44,308 nt of DNA from an uncultured Roseivivax sp. (GCA_964612785.1 CAZTEV010000004.1:1-44308), one strand, 5' to 3'; positions 1 to 10,106 are shown, counted from the stretch's first letter. The notes: generated by a model from the sequence alone, not told the origin. Made by a program: numbers and translations.

Positions 1-556
1 CACGCAGTCCGATCACCTCGCGCTCGGTCACGATCATGTCGAGGGGCGCATCGGTGGGCTCCTGCGGCAGGTGCGCGGCCTCCTGCGCGGCATAGGCGAA
101 GCCCACCGCCAGGGCGCCCTGCCCGGCGCGCAGACTCGCCAGCGTGCGGTCGTAGAAGCCGCCGCCATAGCCCAGCCGCGCGCCGTCCCGCGTGAAGGCC
201 ACGAGCGGCACGATCAGGATTTCCGGGATCATCCAGTCGAGACCCTCGGGCACACGCGCTCCGAAAGGACCCGGCACCATGGCGCATCCCGGCTCCCAGC
301 GCGCGAAGCGCAAGGGACGGCCCTTCCCTTCGATCACCGGCACGCCAACGGGGCCATGGGCCGCGGCCTCTTCCATGGCGGGGATCGGGTCGATTTCGGT
401 CCGGATCGGCATGTAGCCCGCCAGCGGCACGCCGCGATAGCCCGCGAGAACCTGCGACAGATGCCCGGCAGCCCCGGGACCGCAAGCCGCATGCGCGGCC
501 TTGCGGCGGGCGAAAGCGTCCTGGCGCGCGGTGGCCTTGGCGTCGGACAGGTTCAC
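1..556 (-). CDS. ygfA: 5-formyltetrahydrofolate cyclo-ligase (3' end runs off the window)
   Basis: Not in the ORF track. Manual translation from GTG at 556 (GTGA overlap with the mgtE stop) gives MNLSDAKATARQDAFARRKAAH...RLGYGGGFYDRTLA...AVGFAYAAQ...LPQEPTDAPLDMIVTE. RLGxGGGxYDR and PxEPxDxxLDxIVTE are family signatures. Confidence 0.9.
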   Translation of the reverse strand, partial: MNLSDAKATARQDAFARRKAAHAACGPGAAGHLSQVLAGYRGVPLAGYMPIRTEIDPIPAMEEAAAHGPVGVPVIEGKGRPLRFARWEPGCAMVPGPFGARVPEGLDWMIPEILIVPLVAFTRDGARLGYGGGFYDRTLASLRAGQGALAVGFAYAAQEAAHLPQEPTDAPLDMIVTEREVIGLR

Positions 557-1947
557 AGCAGGATGGCCGAGGCGAGACCCAGGAAGGCGAAGAAGCCCAC
601 GACGTCGGTCACGGTCGTCACGAAGGTGCCCGAGGCAAGCGCGGGGTCCACTTTCAGCTTTTCGAGGACGATGGGAATGCCGATCCCCGCCAGCGCGGCG
701 GCCACCATGTTGATGATCATCGCCGCGAAGATCACCCAGCCCAGCGTGGCGGAGCCGAACCAGATCAGCCCCACGATGCCCATGACCACGGCGAAGGCCA
801 CGCCCATGATGAGGCCCACCGCTGCCTCGCGCCGGATGACCCGGAAGGCGTTCGAGCCCGTGAGGTCGCGCGTAGCCAGCGCGCGCACGGCCACGGTCAG
901 CGATTGCGTGCCTGCATTCCCGCCCATCGAGGCCACGATCGGCATGAGCACCGCAAGCGCAGTGATCTGCGCGATCGCGGCTTCGAATTGCGCGATCACC
1001 AGCGAGGCGAGGATTGCCGTCGCGAGGTTCACCGCAAGCCAGGGGAAGCGCTGTTTCGTCGTCTCGAGCGCGGTATCCGAGAGCGAACTTTCCTCGCCCA
1101 CACCGGCCAGACGCAGGATGTCTTCCTCGTGCTCCTCGTCCAGCACCATCATCGCGTCGTCGATGGTGATGACGCCCACCAGCCGCTCGGTCTCGTCCAC
1201 CACCGGGGCGGAGATCAGGTGGTACTGGTTGAAGGCATAGGCCACATCGGCTTCGGGCCGGGTGACCGGGATGACGTGGAAACTGGCATCGGTGATGTCG
1301 GCGAGCTTCACCGCCCGGGGCGAGGACATGAGCTTGCCCAGCGCCACCTTGCCCACAGGCTTCATGCGCGGATCGACCAGGATGACGTGGTAGAACTGAT
1401 CCGGCAGATCCTCGGTCGCGCGCATGTAGTCGATGGCCTCGCCCACGGTCCAATGCTCGGGCGCCATCACCACTTCGCGCTGCATCAGGCGGCCCGCGGA
1501 ATAGTCCGGGAATTCCAGCGATTGCTCGATCGCGAGCCGGTCGCGGTCGGTCAGCGCGCCCAGGATCGAGTCGCGCTGCTCGGCCTCCAGATCCTCCAGC
1601 AAGTCGACCACATCGTCGGAATCGAGGTCCCGCACGGCATCCGCCAGCACTTCGGGGCGCAGGACGCGGATCACTTCCTCGCGGATGCCCTCTTCGAGTT
1701 CGGTCAGGATTTCGCCGTCGAATTCCTGATCGTAGAGATGGATGAGGGCCAGCCGGTCGGTCGCGTCGATCTGCTCCAGCATGTCGGCAATGTCGGCGGC
1801 GTGCAGCGGCTCCATCAGCGCGACCAGCGCATCGCGATCCCCCGCCTCGACCGCCTCCAGAATGGCGGCGATGGTGCGCGGCGACAGCGCGTAGGCGTCG
1901 TCCTCGGGGGTTTCGGGTTCGGGGGCGATGTCGGGCTCGTGCACCAT
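553..1947 (-). CDS. mgtE: magnesium transporter MgtE
   Basis: N-terminal MgtE domain (LHAADIAD), CBS pair (SAGRLM...), and TM region with MGGNAGTQ and DPALASGTFVTTVTDVVGF. Confidence 0.95.
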   Translation of the reverse strand: MVHEPDIAPEPETPEDDAYALSPRTIAAILEAVEAGDRDALVALMEPLHAADIADMLEQIDATDRLALIHLYDQEFDGEILTELEEGIREEVIRVLRPEVLADAVRDLDSDDVVDLLEDLEAEQRDSILGALTDRDRLAIEQSLEFPDYSAGRLMQREVVMAPEHWTVGEAIDYMRATEDLPDQFYHVILVDPRMKPVGKVALGKLMSSPRAVKLADITDASFHVIPVTRPEADVAYAFNQYHLISAPVVDETERLVGVITIDDAMMVLDEEHEEDILRLAGVGEESSLSDTALETTKQRFPWLAVNLATAILASLVIAQFEAAIAQITALAVLMPIVASMGGNAGTQSLTVAVRALATRDLTGSNAFRVIRREAAVGLIMGVAFAVVMGIVGLIWFGSATLGWVIFAAMIINMVAAALAGIGIPIVLEKLKVDPALASGTFVTTVTDVVGFFAFLGLASAILL

Positions 1948-2075
1948 TACTCGGTCCTCACTGGGCTTTGGCTGGAGACTAGGACAGCGCCTGCGAAAGC
2001 AACAGGGCGGATCGACAATTTACCCTGCCCGCGCACCCGCATAGGCTCGCGCGCGGGCAGAAGGGAAAGGACGCC

Positions 2076-3362
2076 ATGACAGACGCGGAATTGCTGAGCG
2101 GGCGGGTCCTGATCTGGGACGACGCGCCTTTGCGCGCAGGCCCGGAGGCGGCGAGGATCGAGACCGATTGGGCGGTGCTTCTCCGGGATGGCCGGATCGC
2201 TGAGATCGGCCCCCGGGAGGCCCTGCGCCGCGCCCATCCCGAGGCGCCCGAGACGCGCTATGGCCGCGATCTGATCTGCCCGGGCTTCGTCGATGCCCAT
2301 GTGCATTACCCCCAGACGCGCATCATCGCGAGCTGGGGGAAACGGCTGATCGACTGGCTCGAGACCTATACCTTTCCCGAGGAGATGCGTTTCGGCGATC
2401 CCGCCTATGCCCGCGCGGTGGCCGACAGCTATCTGGATCTGACCCTTGCGGCGGGCACCACCACCGTCGCGAGCTATTGCACGTCGCATCCCGCCTCGGT
2501 CGATGCGTTTTTCGAGGCCGCCGCCGCGCGGGGCCAGCGCGTCTTCGCGGGCAAGACCTGCATGGACCGCAACGCGCCCGAGGCGCTGTGCGACACCGCT
2601 CAAAGCGCACATGACGACAGCGCCGCGCTGATCGCGCGCTGGCACGGGCGGGGCCGGGCCTCCTATGTCATTACTCCGCGCTTCTCGCCCACCTCCACGC
2701 CTGCGCAGCTCGAAGCCCTGGGCGCGCTCTGGGCCGCGCATCCCGATTGCCTGATGCAGACGCATCTGTCCGAACAGACCGACGAGATCGCCTGGGTCCG
2801 CAGCCTCTTTCCCGAGGCGCGCGACTATCTCGACACCTATGAGCGCTTCGGGCTTCTGGGCGCGGGCGGGCTCTACGGGCATGCGATCCATCTGGAGCCG
2901 CGAGAGATCGACCGGCTGGCGGAGGTTGGCGCGTCGGTCATCCATTGCCCGACCTCGAACACCTTCATCGGATCGGGCCTGTTCGACATGGCGGGGCTGG
3001 TCGCGCGCGGGCTGCGGGTCGGGCTGGCCACCGATACGGGCGGCGGGTCGTCCTTTTCCATGCTGCGGACGATGGCCGCGGCCTACGAGATCGGGCAGCT
3101 GCGCGGAGAGGCGCTGCACGCGGCGGAGCTTCTGTGGCTCGCAACTGCGGGGTCGGCGGAAACGCTGGGCATGAGCGGCGTGATCGGGTCGATCACCCCC
3201 GGAGCGGAGGCGGATCTTTGCGTGCTCGACCTGGCCTCCACGCCTGCCATCGCGCAGCGCGTCGCGCGGGCACGCGATGTCTGGGAAGAGGTCTTCGCGA
3301 CGATCATGCTGGGCGATGACCGCGCGGTGCGCGATGTCTGGGTGGCGGGGCGGCGCGTCTGA
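2076..3362 (+). CDS. guaD: guanine deaminase
   Basis: PGFVDAHVHYPQ, LIDWLETYTFPEE, YVITPRFSPTS, QTHLSE, HCPTSN, ATDTGGGSSFSM. RBS-like GGAAAGGA before the ATG. Confidence 0.93.
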   Translation: MTDAELLSGRVLIWDDAPLRAGPEAARIETDWAVLLRDGRIAEIGPREALRRAHPEAPETRYGRDLICPGFVDAHVHYPQTRIIASWGKRLIDWLETYTFPEEMRFGDPAYARAVADSYLDLTLAAGTTTVASYCTSHPASVDAFFEAAAARGQRVFAGKTCMDRNAPEALCDTAQSAHDDSAALIARWHGRGRASYVITPRFSPTSTPAQLEALGALWAAHPDCLMQTHLSEQTDEIAWVRSLFPEARDYLDTYERFGLLGAGGLYGHAIHLEPREIDRLAEVGASVIHCPTSNTFIGSGLFDMAGLVARGLRVGLATDTGGGSSFSMLRTMAAAYEIGQLRGEALHAAELLWLATAGSAETLGMSGVIGSITPGAEADLCVLDLASTPAIAQRVARARDVWEEVFATIMLGDDRAVRDVWVAGRRV

Positions 3363-3515
3363 CCCCGGCGGGGCGCCTGGCCGGTCGGTCGTGATGCGTT
3401 TTTTTGGAAAGGTGAAGCAGCAAGCGGGATCGCGAGCGAGGGTCTTGTGGTGGTCCGGATTGTCCCGTGGCACCTGCCCGGGCCCGAACAAGAGGCGACG
3501 ATGGGACGGGCGCGC

Positions 3516-4856
3516 CTAGAGCGTTTCGGCGAGGCGGCGCGCGTGGCGGTTCTGCTCGGCGATGGTGGCGGCGAGGTCGATGGTGGTCAGCCGGCCGTCC
3601 CGCACGATCTGACATCCTTCGACGAAAAGATCGCGCACGCGCGTGGGGCCTGCCAGAAGCAGGGCGGCGGGATCCCAGCTGCCCGCGGCCTCGATGCCGC
3701 TGACGTCCCAGACCGCGATATCGGCGCGCGCCCCCACCGAGAGATGGCCGCATTCGTCGCGGCCCAGAACCTCTGCCCCGCCGCGTGTGGCAATGCGCAG
3801 CGCCTCGCGCGCGGACATCGCATCGGCCCCATGCGCAACCCGCTGCAGGAGCATCGCCATACGCGCCTCAGCCATCAGGTTGCCGCTGTCGTTCGAGGCT
3901 GACCCGTCGACACCAAGGCCCACTGGCACGCCCGCATCCCGCATCGCCCGGATGGGCGCGATGCCCGATCCCAGGCGACAATTCGAGCAGGGGCAATGGG
4001 CGATGCCGGTTGCGGTTCTGGCAAAAAGATCGATCTCCTGCCCGTCGAGCTTCACGCAATGGGCGTGCCAGACATCGGCCCCTGTCCACCCAAGCTCCTC
4101 GGCATATTGGCCGGGGCGGCAGCCGAATTGCGCGAGGCTGTAGGCGATATCCTCGTCGTTTTCGGCCAGATGCGTGTGCAGCATCACACCCTTGTCGCGA
4201 GCCAGAAGGGCCGCGTCGCGCATCAGTTCGCGGCTGACGGAGAAGGGCGAACACGGGGCCACGCCCACACGGATCATCGCGCCGGGGGCGGGATCGTGGA
4301 ACGCGTCGATCACGCGGATCGTGTCGTCGAGGATCGCGGTTTCGTCCTCGACCAGAGCATCGGGCGGCAGGCCGCCTGCGCTTCGGCCGATGGACATCGC
4401 GCCGCGCGTCGGGTGGAACCGCAGCCCGATCTCGCGCGCGGCGTCGATCGTGTCGTCCAGCCGCGCACCGTTCGGGAAGAGATAGAGGTGGTCCGAGGTC
4501 AGCGTGCAGCCCGACAGGGCCAGTTCCGCAAGGCCCGTCAGCGCCGATATGCGGATATCCTCGGGCCCCATGCGCGCCCAGACCGGATAGAGCCGTTCGA
4601 GCCATCCGAACAGAAGCGCGTCCTGCGCGCCGGGCACCGCCCGCGTCATGGACTGGAAGAGGTGATGGTGCGTGTTGACGAGGCCCGGCGTGATCACGCA
4701 GCCCGCCGCGTCGATGATTGTGCCGGAGGTGGCAAGGCCATGGCCGATCTCGGCAATCCGACCATCGCGGATCCGCAGATCCGCGTCCTGCCATTCGCGG
4801 TTGTCCACGTCCATGGTCAGGATATGCGCCGCGCCGCGCAGAACCCACTCGGCCAT
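3516..4856 (-). CDS. 8-oxoguanine deaminase / AtzB-like metal-dependent amidohydrolase
   Basis: PGLVNTHHHLFQSMTRA, DHLYLFP, APCSPFSVS, HTHLAE, HCPCSNCRLGSG, GVDGSASND. Confidence 0.85.
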   Translation of the reverse strand: MAEWVLRGAAHILTMDVDNREWQDADLRIRDGRIAEIGHGLATSGTIIDAAGCVITPGLVNTHHHLFQSMTRAVPGAQDALLFGWLERLYPVWARMGPEDIRISALTGLAELALSGCTLTSDHLYLFPNGARLDDTIDAAREIGLRFHPTRGAMSIGRSAGGLPPDALVEDETAILDDTIRVIDAFHDPAPGAMIRVGVAPCSPFSVSRELMRDAALLARDKGVMLHTHLAENDEDIAYSLAQFGCRPGQYAEELGWTGADVWHAHCVKLDGQEIDLFARTATGIAHCPCSNCRLGSGIAPIRAMRDAGVPVGLGVDGSASNDSGNLMAEARMAMLLQRVAHGADAMSAREALRIATRGGAEVLGRDECGHLSVGARADIAVWDVSGIEAAGSWDPAALLLAGPTRVRDLFVEGCQIVRDGRLTTIDLAATIAEQNRHARRLAETL

Positions 4857-4859
4857 CGC

Positions 4860-5651
4860 CTAGCCCGCCAGTCGCTCTAGCGCGGCGCGGTGCAGGTCCG
4901 GCGTCGCGGCGGCCACGACTTGCCCGCCCTGCAAGGCAGGCCCGCCCGCCCAGTCGGTAACGATGCCGCCCGCCGCCTCGATCACGCCGATGGGGGCCTG
5001 GATGTCATAGGCGTTGAGCCCGGCCTCGATCACCAGGTCGATCTGACCCGCGGCGAGCAACGCATAGGCATAACAATCCATGCCGTACCGGGTGAGTTTC
5101 ACGCCGCGCGCCACCCGGTCGAAGGCGGCACGCTCGGCCTCCGTGCCGATTTCGGGAAACGTGGTCATGAGCCGCGCCTCGGACAGGTCCGCGGTCCCGC
5201 GCACCTGCAGGGCGGTCTGGCCCAGTGGCCCTGTGGTGGTCGCCCGGCCAAAGCCACCGACGAAGCGTTCTGAGGTGAAGGGCTGGTCGATCAGGCCGAA
5301 ATGGACCTGTTCGGGGGAGGACAGCGCGATGAGGACGCCCCAGCTTGGTGTGCCGCACAGGAAAGCCCGCGTGCCGTCGATCGGGTCGAGCACCCAGGTC
5401 AGGCCGGATCGGCCCGGTTGGTGGCCGAATTCCTCGCCCAGAATGCCATCTTCGGGTTGGCGTTCGGACAGGATGGCGCGCATCGCCTGTTCCGCGGCGC
5501 GATCCGCTTCGGTGACCGGGTCGAAGCCTGAGGCCAGCTTGTTGTCGGTCGCAAGGTCTGCCGTCCGGAAATAGGGCAAGATGGCCGCACGGGCCGCATC
5601 GGCCATGGCATGCGCGGTGTGTTCGATCCGCGCCTGATCCAGCTTGGGCAT
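4860..5651 (-). CDS. hisN: histidinol-phosphate phosphatase (inositol monophosphatase family)
   Basis: FDPVTEADRAAE, GILGEEFG, WVLDPIDGTRAF, DCYAYALLAAG, YDIQAPIGVIEAAGGIVTDW. ATG at 5651 preferred over GTG at 5663. Confidence 0.8.
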   Translation of the reverse strand: MPKLDQARIEHTAHAMADAARAAILPYFRTADLATDNKLASGFDPVTEADRAAEQAMRAILSERQPEDGILGEEFGHQPGRSGLTWVLDPIDGTRAFLCGTPSWGVLIALSSPEQVHFGLIDQPFTSERFVGGFGRATTTGPLGQTALQVRGTADLSEARLMTTFPEIGTEAERAAFDRVARGVKLTRYGMDCYAYALLAAGQIDLVIEAGLNAYDIQAPIGVIEAAGGIVTDWAGGPALQGGQVVAAATPDLHRAALERLAG

Positions 5652-5757
5652 CCCCCCCGTCACGCAGAAAGCCTTCCGATGTTCGGGCCGCGCTCAGCGG
5701 CCCTTTGGTTTGATGCGCCTGCGCGCCGATGGTTGGAATTCAGAGAGCACGCGGGTC

Positions 5758-6138
5758 TCAGGCAACGTCGGACAGGACGCGCGCCAGCTCGAAGAGGCGG
5801 CGCCGCTGGTTCTCCGGGATCGCATAATAGGACCGCACGAGGTCGAGCGCTTCCTTGTCGCCCAGAATATCCGCAGGCACCTTGGTCTGAGCGGGGGCCT
5901 CATCCGACTTTTCCTCGGTATCGTCGATGCCTTCGAAAAAGCAGCTGACCGGGACGTCGAGGGCGTCGGCAATGTCCCACAGACGCGATGCCGAGACGCG
6001 GTTGGCACCCGTCTCATACTTCTGGATTTGCTGGAACTTGATCCCGACCTTTTCCGCCAGTTGCTGCTGTGTCATGCCGACCAGCCACCTGCGATGGCGA
6101 ATCCGCTTGCCTACATGGACATCGACGGGATGCGTCAT
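5758..6138 (-). CDS. XRE-family HTH transcriptional regulator (conserved alphaproteobacterial type)
   Basis: MTHPVDVHVGKRIRHRR...TQQQLAEKVGIKFQQIQKYETGANRVSASRL. RBS-like AAGGGA before the ATG at 6138. Confidence 0.9.
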   Translation of the reverse strand: MTHPVDVHVGKRIRHRRWLVGMTQQQLAEKVGIKFQQIQKYETGANRVSASRLWDIADALDVPVSCFFEGIDDTEEKSDEAPAQTKVPADILGDKEALDLVRSYYAIPENQRRRLFELARVLSDVA

Positions 6139-6232
6139 TCCCTTTTCCCTTATAATGCGCCAGTCGATCCACTTGTCAGATAACCTCTGACGGTGCTGCT
6201 GCACGACTGGCCGGACTACTCGTACCTCACAC

Positions 6233-6248
6233 AGGTAACAGTTTACCT
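6233..6248. promoter_or_regulatory. palindrome, candidate operator between the XRE gene and the quinone oxidoreductase
   Basis: AGGTAA-cagt-TTACCT, a perfect inverted repeat in a divergent intergenic region. Confidence 0.35.
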
Positions 6249-6443
6249 AAGCAACATCTGCGATGAACCTACAGCGAAAAGGCTTTGCGATACAAGGTGC
6301 AAGAATGTTCGGGCCTTGCCGGAAAGCCGGTGTCCACCCGGGGGTTTTCGCAAAGTCATCTCATGGGTCGTGGGCGCCCGCGCACGCTTGACGCGCCAGC
6401 GTCGGGCGCGCGACAAGTGCGGCGTCAGATAGCAAAGGAAAGC

Positions 6444-7409
6444 ATGATGCGCGCGCTTCTCGTCGACAGCCACGACGCCCCGCCGAAAGAGACCGAAGTG
6501 GCCATGCCGGACCCCGGGCCGGACGACATTCGCGTGCGGATCGAGGCCTGCGGACTGAACTTCGCCGATCTGCTTATGATGAAGGGCACCTACCAGGACA
6601 CGCCTACCCTGCCCTTCACCCTCGGGATGGAGGTTGCGGGCGTGGTCGATGAGGTCGGCGCGTCCGTGGCAGACTTTCGGCCCGGGGATCGGGTCGCAGT
6701 GTTTGGCGGACAGGGCGGGCTTGCGGAGTTCGGCTTGTTCGAGGCGCGTCGCGCGGTCAAGTTGCCCGATGCGATGAAGGCCGTCGACGCGGCCGCGTTC
6801 CAGATCGCCTACGGGACCAGCCATGTCGCGCTTGATCATCGTGCGCGATTGCAGCCCGGGGAGACGCTGGTGGTGCTGGGCGCGGCAGGCGGCGTCGGAC
6901 TGACGGCGGTGGAAATCGGCAAGCTGATGGGCGCGCGGGTCGTGGCCTGCGCGCGGGGGGCTGAAAAGCTGGCCGTGGCCCAAAAGGCCGGAGCCGATCA
7001 TCTGATCGATGCGGAGACCGCCGATCTGCGGGCCGAGATCAAGGCGCTTGGCGGGGCCGATGTCGTCTACGATCCGGTGGGGGGCGATCAGTTCGAGGCA
7101 GCCTTCCGCGCCTGCAACCCCGAAGCGCGGCTTCTGCCCATTGGCTTCGCCTCGGGCGATGTGCCGCGGATCAAGGCCAACCACCTTCTGGTCAAAAACC
7201 TGTCGGTCATGGGTCTGTATTGGGGGGGATACCTGGCGTTTCGGCCGGACATCATCACCCGAAGCCTGCACACGCTGATGGGCTGGTACACGGAGGGCCG
7301 CCTGAAACCGCATGTCAGCCACGTTCTGCCGCTGGCGCGCGCGGGCGAAGGGCTGGAATTGATGCGCACGCGAAAATCCACCGGCAAGGTCGTCATCGAA
7401 ATCGCCTGA
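6444..7409 (+). CDS. NADPH:quinone oxidoreductase family protein (MDR superfamily)
   Basis: ACGLNFADLL, LGMEVAGVV, GAAGGVG nucleotide-binding motif, C-terminal RKSTGKVVI. RBS AAGGA. Confidence 0.9.
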   Translation: MMRALLVDSHDAPPKETEVAMPDPGPDDIRVRIEACGLNFADLLMMKGTYQDTPTLPFTLGMEVAGVVDEVGASVADFRPGDRVAVFGGQGGLAEFGLFEARRAVKLPDAMKAVDAAAFQIAYGTSHVALDHRARLQPGETLVVLGAAGGVGLTAVEIGKLMGARVVACARGAEKLAVAQKAGADHLIDAETADLRAEIKALGGADVVYDPVGGDQFEAAFRACNPEARLLPIGFASGDVPRIKANHLLVKNLSVMGLYWGGYLAFRPDIITRSLHTLMGWYTEGRLKPHVSHVLPLARAGEGLELMRTRKSTGKVVIEIA

Positions 7410-7617
7410 GCCGACAGGGCGTTCACTGCGGCCAAGCCCCCACAGGATCGTTGCGCAGATAAACCTCCAAATCCAAAGCATCGCACACAAGATCCAAGCC
7501 GCCACGTCCGGACCATGCCTAAGCAGCAAACCTTGCTGATTGCCTAACAGCTGCACGAATATCCCAAGAAACCGTGACGCGACCGAGCGGGCGTTGCCCC
7601 AACCAAGGACCGGGCAG

Positions 7618-8517
7618 ATGACTGACGAGACCTTTACCCATGCCGCCGAGGATGACGCGCGGAATGCCGAGATCCTGCTATGGGTGAACGGGCGTCTCGT
7701 GCCCCGCGCGGAAGCGGTCGTTTCGGTGTACGATTCGGGGTTCATGCTGGGCGATGGCGTGTGGGAGGGGCTGCGGCTTTACAACGGCAAATGGGCGTTT
7801 CTGGACGCGCATCTGGACCGGCTTTTCGAGGCGGCGAAGGCCTGCGACATCGAGATCGGCATGACCCGCGAAAAGCTGATCGATGCGCTTGAAAAAACAC
7901 GCGCGGCCAATGGGATGCAAAGCGATGCTCATGCGCGCCTGATGGTCACGCGCGGCGTGAAGGACCGCCCGTTCCAGCATCCCGCATTGTCGCGCTCGGG
8001 GCCCACCATCGTCATCATCATGGAGCATTCCAAGCCGCAGATTTCGCGGCCGATCCGGCTGGCCACGGTGCCACATATCCGCGGCCTGCCCATGAGCCAG
8101 GATCCGAAGCTCAATTCGCATTCCAAGCTGAACTGCATCCTCGCCTGCATCGCGGCGGAAAAGGCCGGGGCGGACGAGGCGTTGATGCTCGATGTGCATG
8201 GTTTCGTGAACACGACCAATGCCTGCAATTTCTTCATCGTACGCCACGGCGAGGTTTGGACCTCGACCGGGGATTATTGCATGAACGGGATCACCCGCGC
8301 TCAGGTCATCGATATCTGCCGCACCGAAGGCATTCCCGTGTTCGAGAAAAACTATTCACTGACAGAAACTTACAGCGCGGACGAGGCGTTTCTGACCGGA
8401 TCTTTCGGCGCACAGACGCCGGTCTCGGAGATCGACGGGCGACGCATCGGCGATGGCACTCTCGGCCCCGTGACCGCGCGCATCCGGGAGGCTTACATGG
8501 CCCGGGTGGGCGCATGA
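7618..8517 (+). CDS. PLP fold-type IV aminotransferase (branched-chain/D-amino acid aminotransferase-like)
   Basis: SVYDSGFMLGDGVWEGLR, HLDRLF, RLMVTRG, NSHSKLNC, GADEALMLD, GITR, ADEAFLTGS. Confidence 0.88.
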   Translation: MTDETFTHAAEDDARNAEILLWVNGRLVPRAEAVVSVYDSGFMLGDGVWEGLRLYNGKWAFLDAHLDRLFEAAKACDIEIGMTREKLIDALEKTRAANGMQSDAHARLMVTRGVKDRPFQHPALSRSGPTIVIIMEHSKPQISRPIRLATVPHIRGLPMSQDPKLNSHSKLNCILACIAAEKAGADEALMLDVHGFVNTTNACNFFIVRHGEVWTSTGDYCMNGITRAQVIDICRTEGIPVFEKNYSLTETYSADEAFLTGSFGAQTPVSEIDGRRIGDGTLGPVTARIREAYMARVGA

Positions 8518-9251
8518 ATATCGCGATGTGGTCGGGGCCACGCAACCTGTCGACTGCGCTCATGTATGCCTTCGCGGCCCGTGGCGATTGCGCGGTCTGG
8601 GACGAGCCCTTCTATGCGGCCTATCTGCGCCGGACCGGACTTTCGCATCCGATGCGCGCCGAGATCATCGCTGCAGGAGAACAAGATGCCAGTGACGTGG
8701 CGCGTTCATGTGCGCGAAGACATCCCGACAAGCCCTTGTTTTATCAGAAACATATGTGTCAGCACATGGTCGAGGGCATGCCGCGCGACTGGCTCGGCGC
8801 GGTTCGGAATGTCTTTCTGATCCGACATCCCGCACGGGTGCTGGCGAGCTTTGCGTCGAAATACGAGGCGGCGGGCCTCGACGATATCGGGTTTGTGCAA
8901 CAGGACGCGCTTTTCGAGGAGGCGGCCTGGCAATCCAAAGACGCACCGATCGTCATTGATTCCAGTGACATACTGGCCGCTCCTGAGACGGCTTTGAGCT
9001 TGCTTTGTGAGGCGCTTGGGATCGAATACCACAAATCCATGACGCAATGGCCCGCAGGCCCGAAGCCCTTTGACGGGGTCTGGGCGCCGGTCTGGTACGC
9101 CTCCGTGCATGGCTCGACCGGGTTCAAGCGCCAGGAGCGGGAACTGCCCACCCTAGCCCCGCCCTATGATGCCATCGCCGAGGCCGCGCTGCCCTTTTAC
9201 GAGCGCATGCGCGCCCGCGCCATCGACGTCCCGCGCCAGGACGCGCGCTAG
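8514..9251 (+). CDS. sulfotransferase-like P-loop protein (aminotransferase-associated)
   Basis: MNIAMWSGPRNLSTALMY, DEPFYAAYL, QKHM, FLIRHP, DGVWAPVWY. ATGA overlap with the upstream stop. Confidence 0.8.
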   Translation: MNIAMWSGPRNLSTALMYAFAARGDCAVWDEPFYAAYLRRTGLSHPMRAEIIAAGEQDASDVARSCARRHPDKPLFYQKHMCQHMVEGMPRDWLGAVRNVFLIRHPARVLASFASKYEAAGLDDIGFVQQDALFEEAAWQSKDAPIVIDSSDILAAPETALSLLCEALGIEYHKSMTQWPAGPKPFDGVWAPVWYASVHGSTGFKRQERELPTLAPPYDAIAEAALPFYERMRARAIDVPRQDAR

Positions 9252-9263
9252 CCCGGACGACTG

Positions 9264-10106
9264 CTAGATCGCGGCAAAGCCCGAGCGCAGCAGATCCACG
9301 AGCGCCTGCGCCGGCCCGCTGGTCGATTTCGCCGCATAGAGGTTGATCTTCGTGGTGCCGAGATCCGGCAGGGACCCGCCGCTGTCGATCTCCTCGAGTT
9401 GCGGCGGCGCATGTCCTTCGATCAGCGCCACGACCCCGAGATCGGCCGAGACCGTGGCCTCGATGGAGCGGTCGCTGTCGGTGTCAATCACCTGAAACCA
9501 TGGGATATCTGCGGCATCGAGCTGGCGGATCACTGCGGGGCGAAAGGCGCATATGCGCGCCTGCGCATAGGGCAGTGGACGCTGCCGCCAGGCGGTCCCG
9601 CCGGGCGCGCCATACCAGCGCAGGGGCGCCTCGCTCAGGGTTTCGCCCTGGGCCTCTTCCTCGGTGGTGAGGATGATGTCGACTTCGCCATCCGCAAATT
9701 TCTGCTTCAGATTGTAGGTCGAAAAAGTCAGCAATTGCACACGCATGCGCGGAAACGTCGAGGCGAAGGCCTTCATCGCCCGGGGCACCACCGGGTACAG
9801 GATGTCCTCGGGCACGCCGAGTGTGATCTCCCCTTCGAGCGCGTCATGCGTGAGAAGCGCATAGACCTCGTCATTGAGGGCGATCATGCGCCGTGCGTAG
9901 CTCAGAAGCTGCTCGCCCGCGGCGGTCAGCGCAACGCCACGCCCGGCCCGCTCCAGCAGCGGAAGGCCCAGAAGCTCTTCCAGACGCTTGATCTGCATGG
10001 AGACCGCCGATTGCGTCAGGTTCAGCATCCGTGCGGCCCGCGTGACACCCCCGTTTTCGGCCACCGCCGCAAAGGATCGCAGCGTCGTCAGGTCCAGATT
10101 GCGCAT
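9264..10106 (-). CDS. LysR-family transcriptional regulator
   Basis: MRNLDLTTLRSF...TRAARMLNLTQSAVSMQIKRLEE HTH plus substrate-binding domain. Confidence 0.93.
   Translation of the reverse strand: MRNLDLTTLRSFAAVAENGGVTRAARMLNLTQSAVSMQIKRLEELLGLPLLERAGRGVALTAAGEQLLSYARRMIALNDEVYALLTHDALEGEITLGVPEDILYPVVPRAMKAFASTFPRMRVQLLTFSTYNLKQKFADGEVDIILTTEEEAQGETLSEAPLRWYGAPGGTAWRQRPLPYAQARICAFRPAVIRQLDAADIPWFQVIDTDSDRSIEATVSADLGVVALIEGHAPPQLEEIDSGGSLPDLGTTKINLYAAKSTSGPAQALVDLLRSGFAAI

Noticed and set aside
71-1240. 389-aa plus-strand ORF at the window start
   Set aside because: Antisense to ygfA and mgtE, which both carry clear family motifs.
1948-2075. Mg-sensing riboswitch upstream of mgtE, or 6S RNA upstream of ygfA
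   Set aside because: The spacer is only 128 bp and shared with divergent guaD, with no recognisable motif. ygfA overlaps mgtE directly, leaving no room for 6S RNA.
2076-4856. Purine deaminases as part of the glyoxylate-feeding system
   Set aside because: Purine breakdown can yield glyoxylate, but these genes are about 15 kb away among housekeeping genes and no urate or allantoin genes are present.
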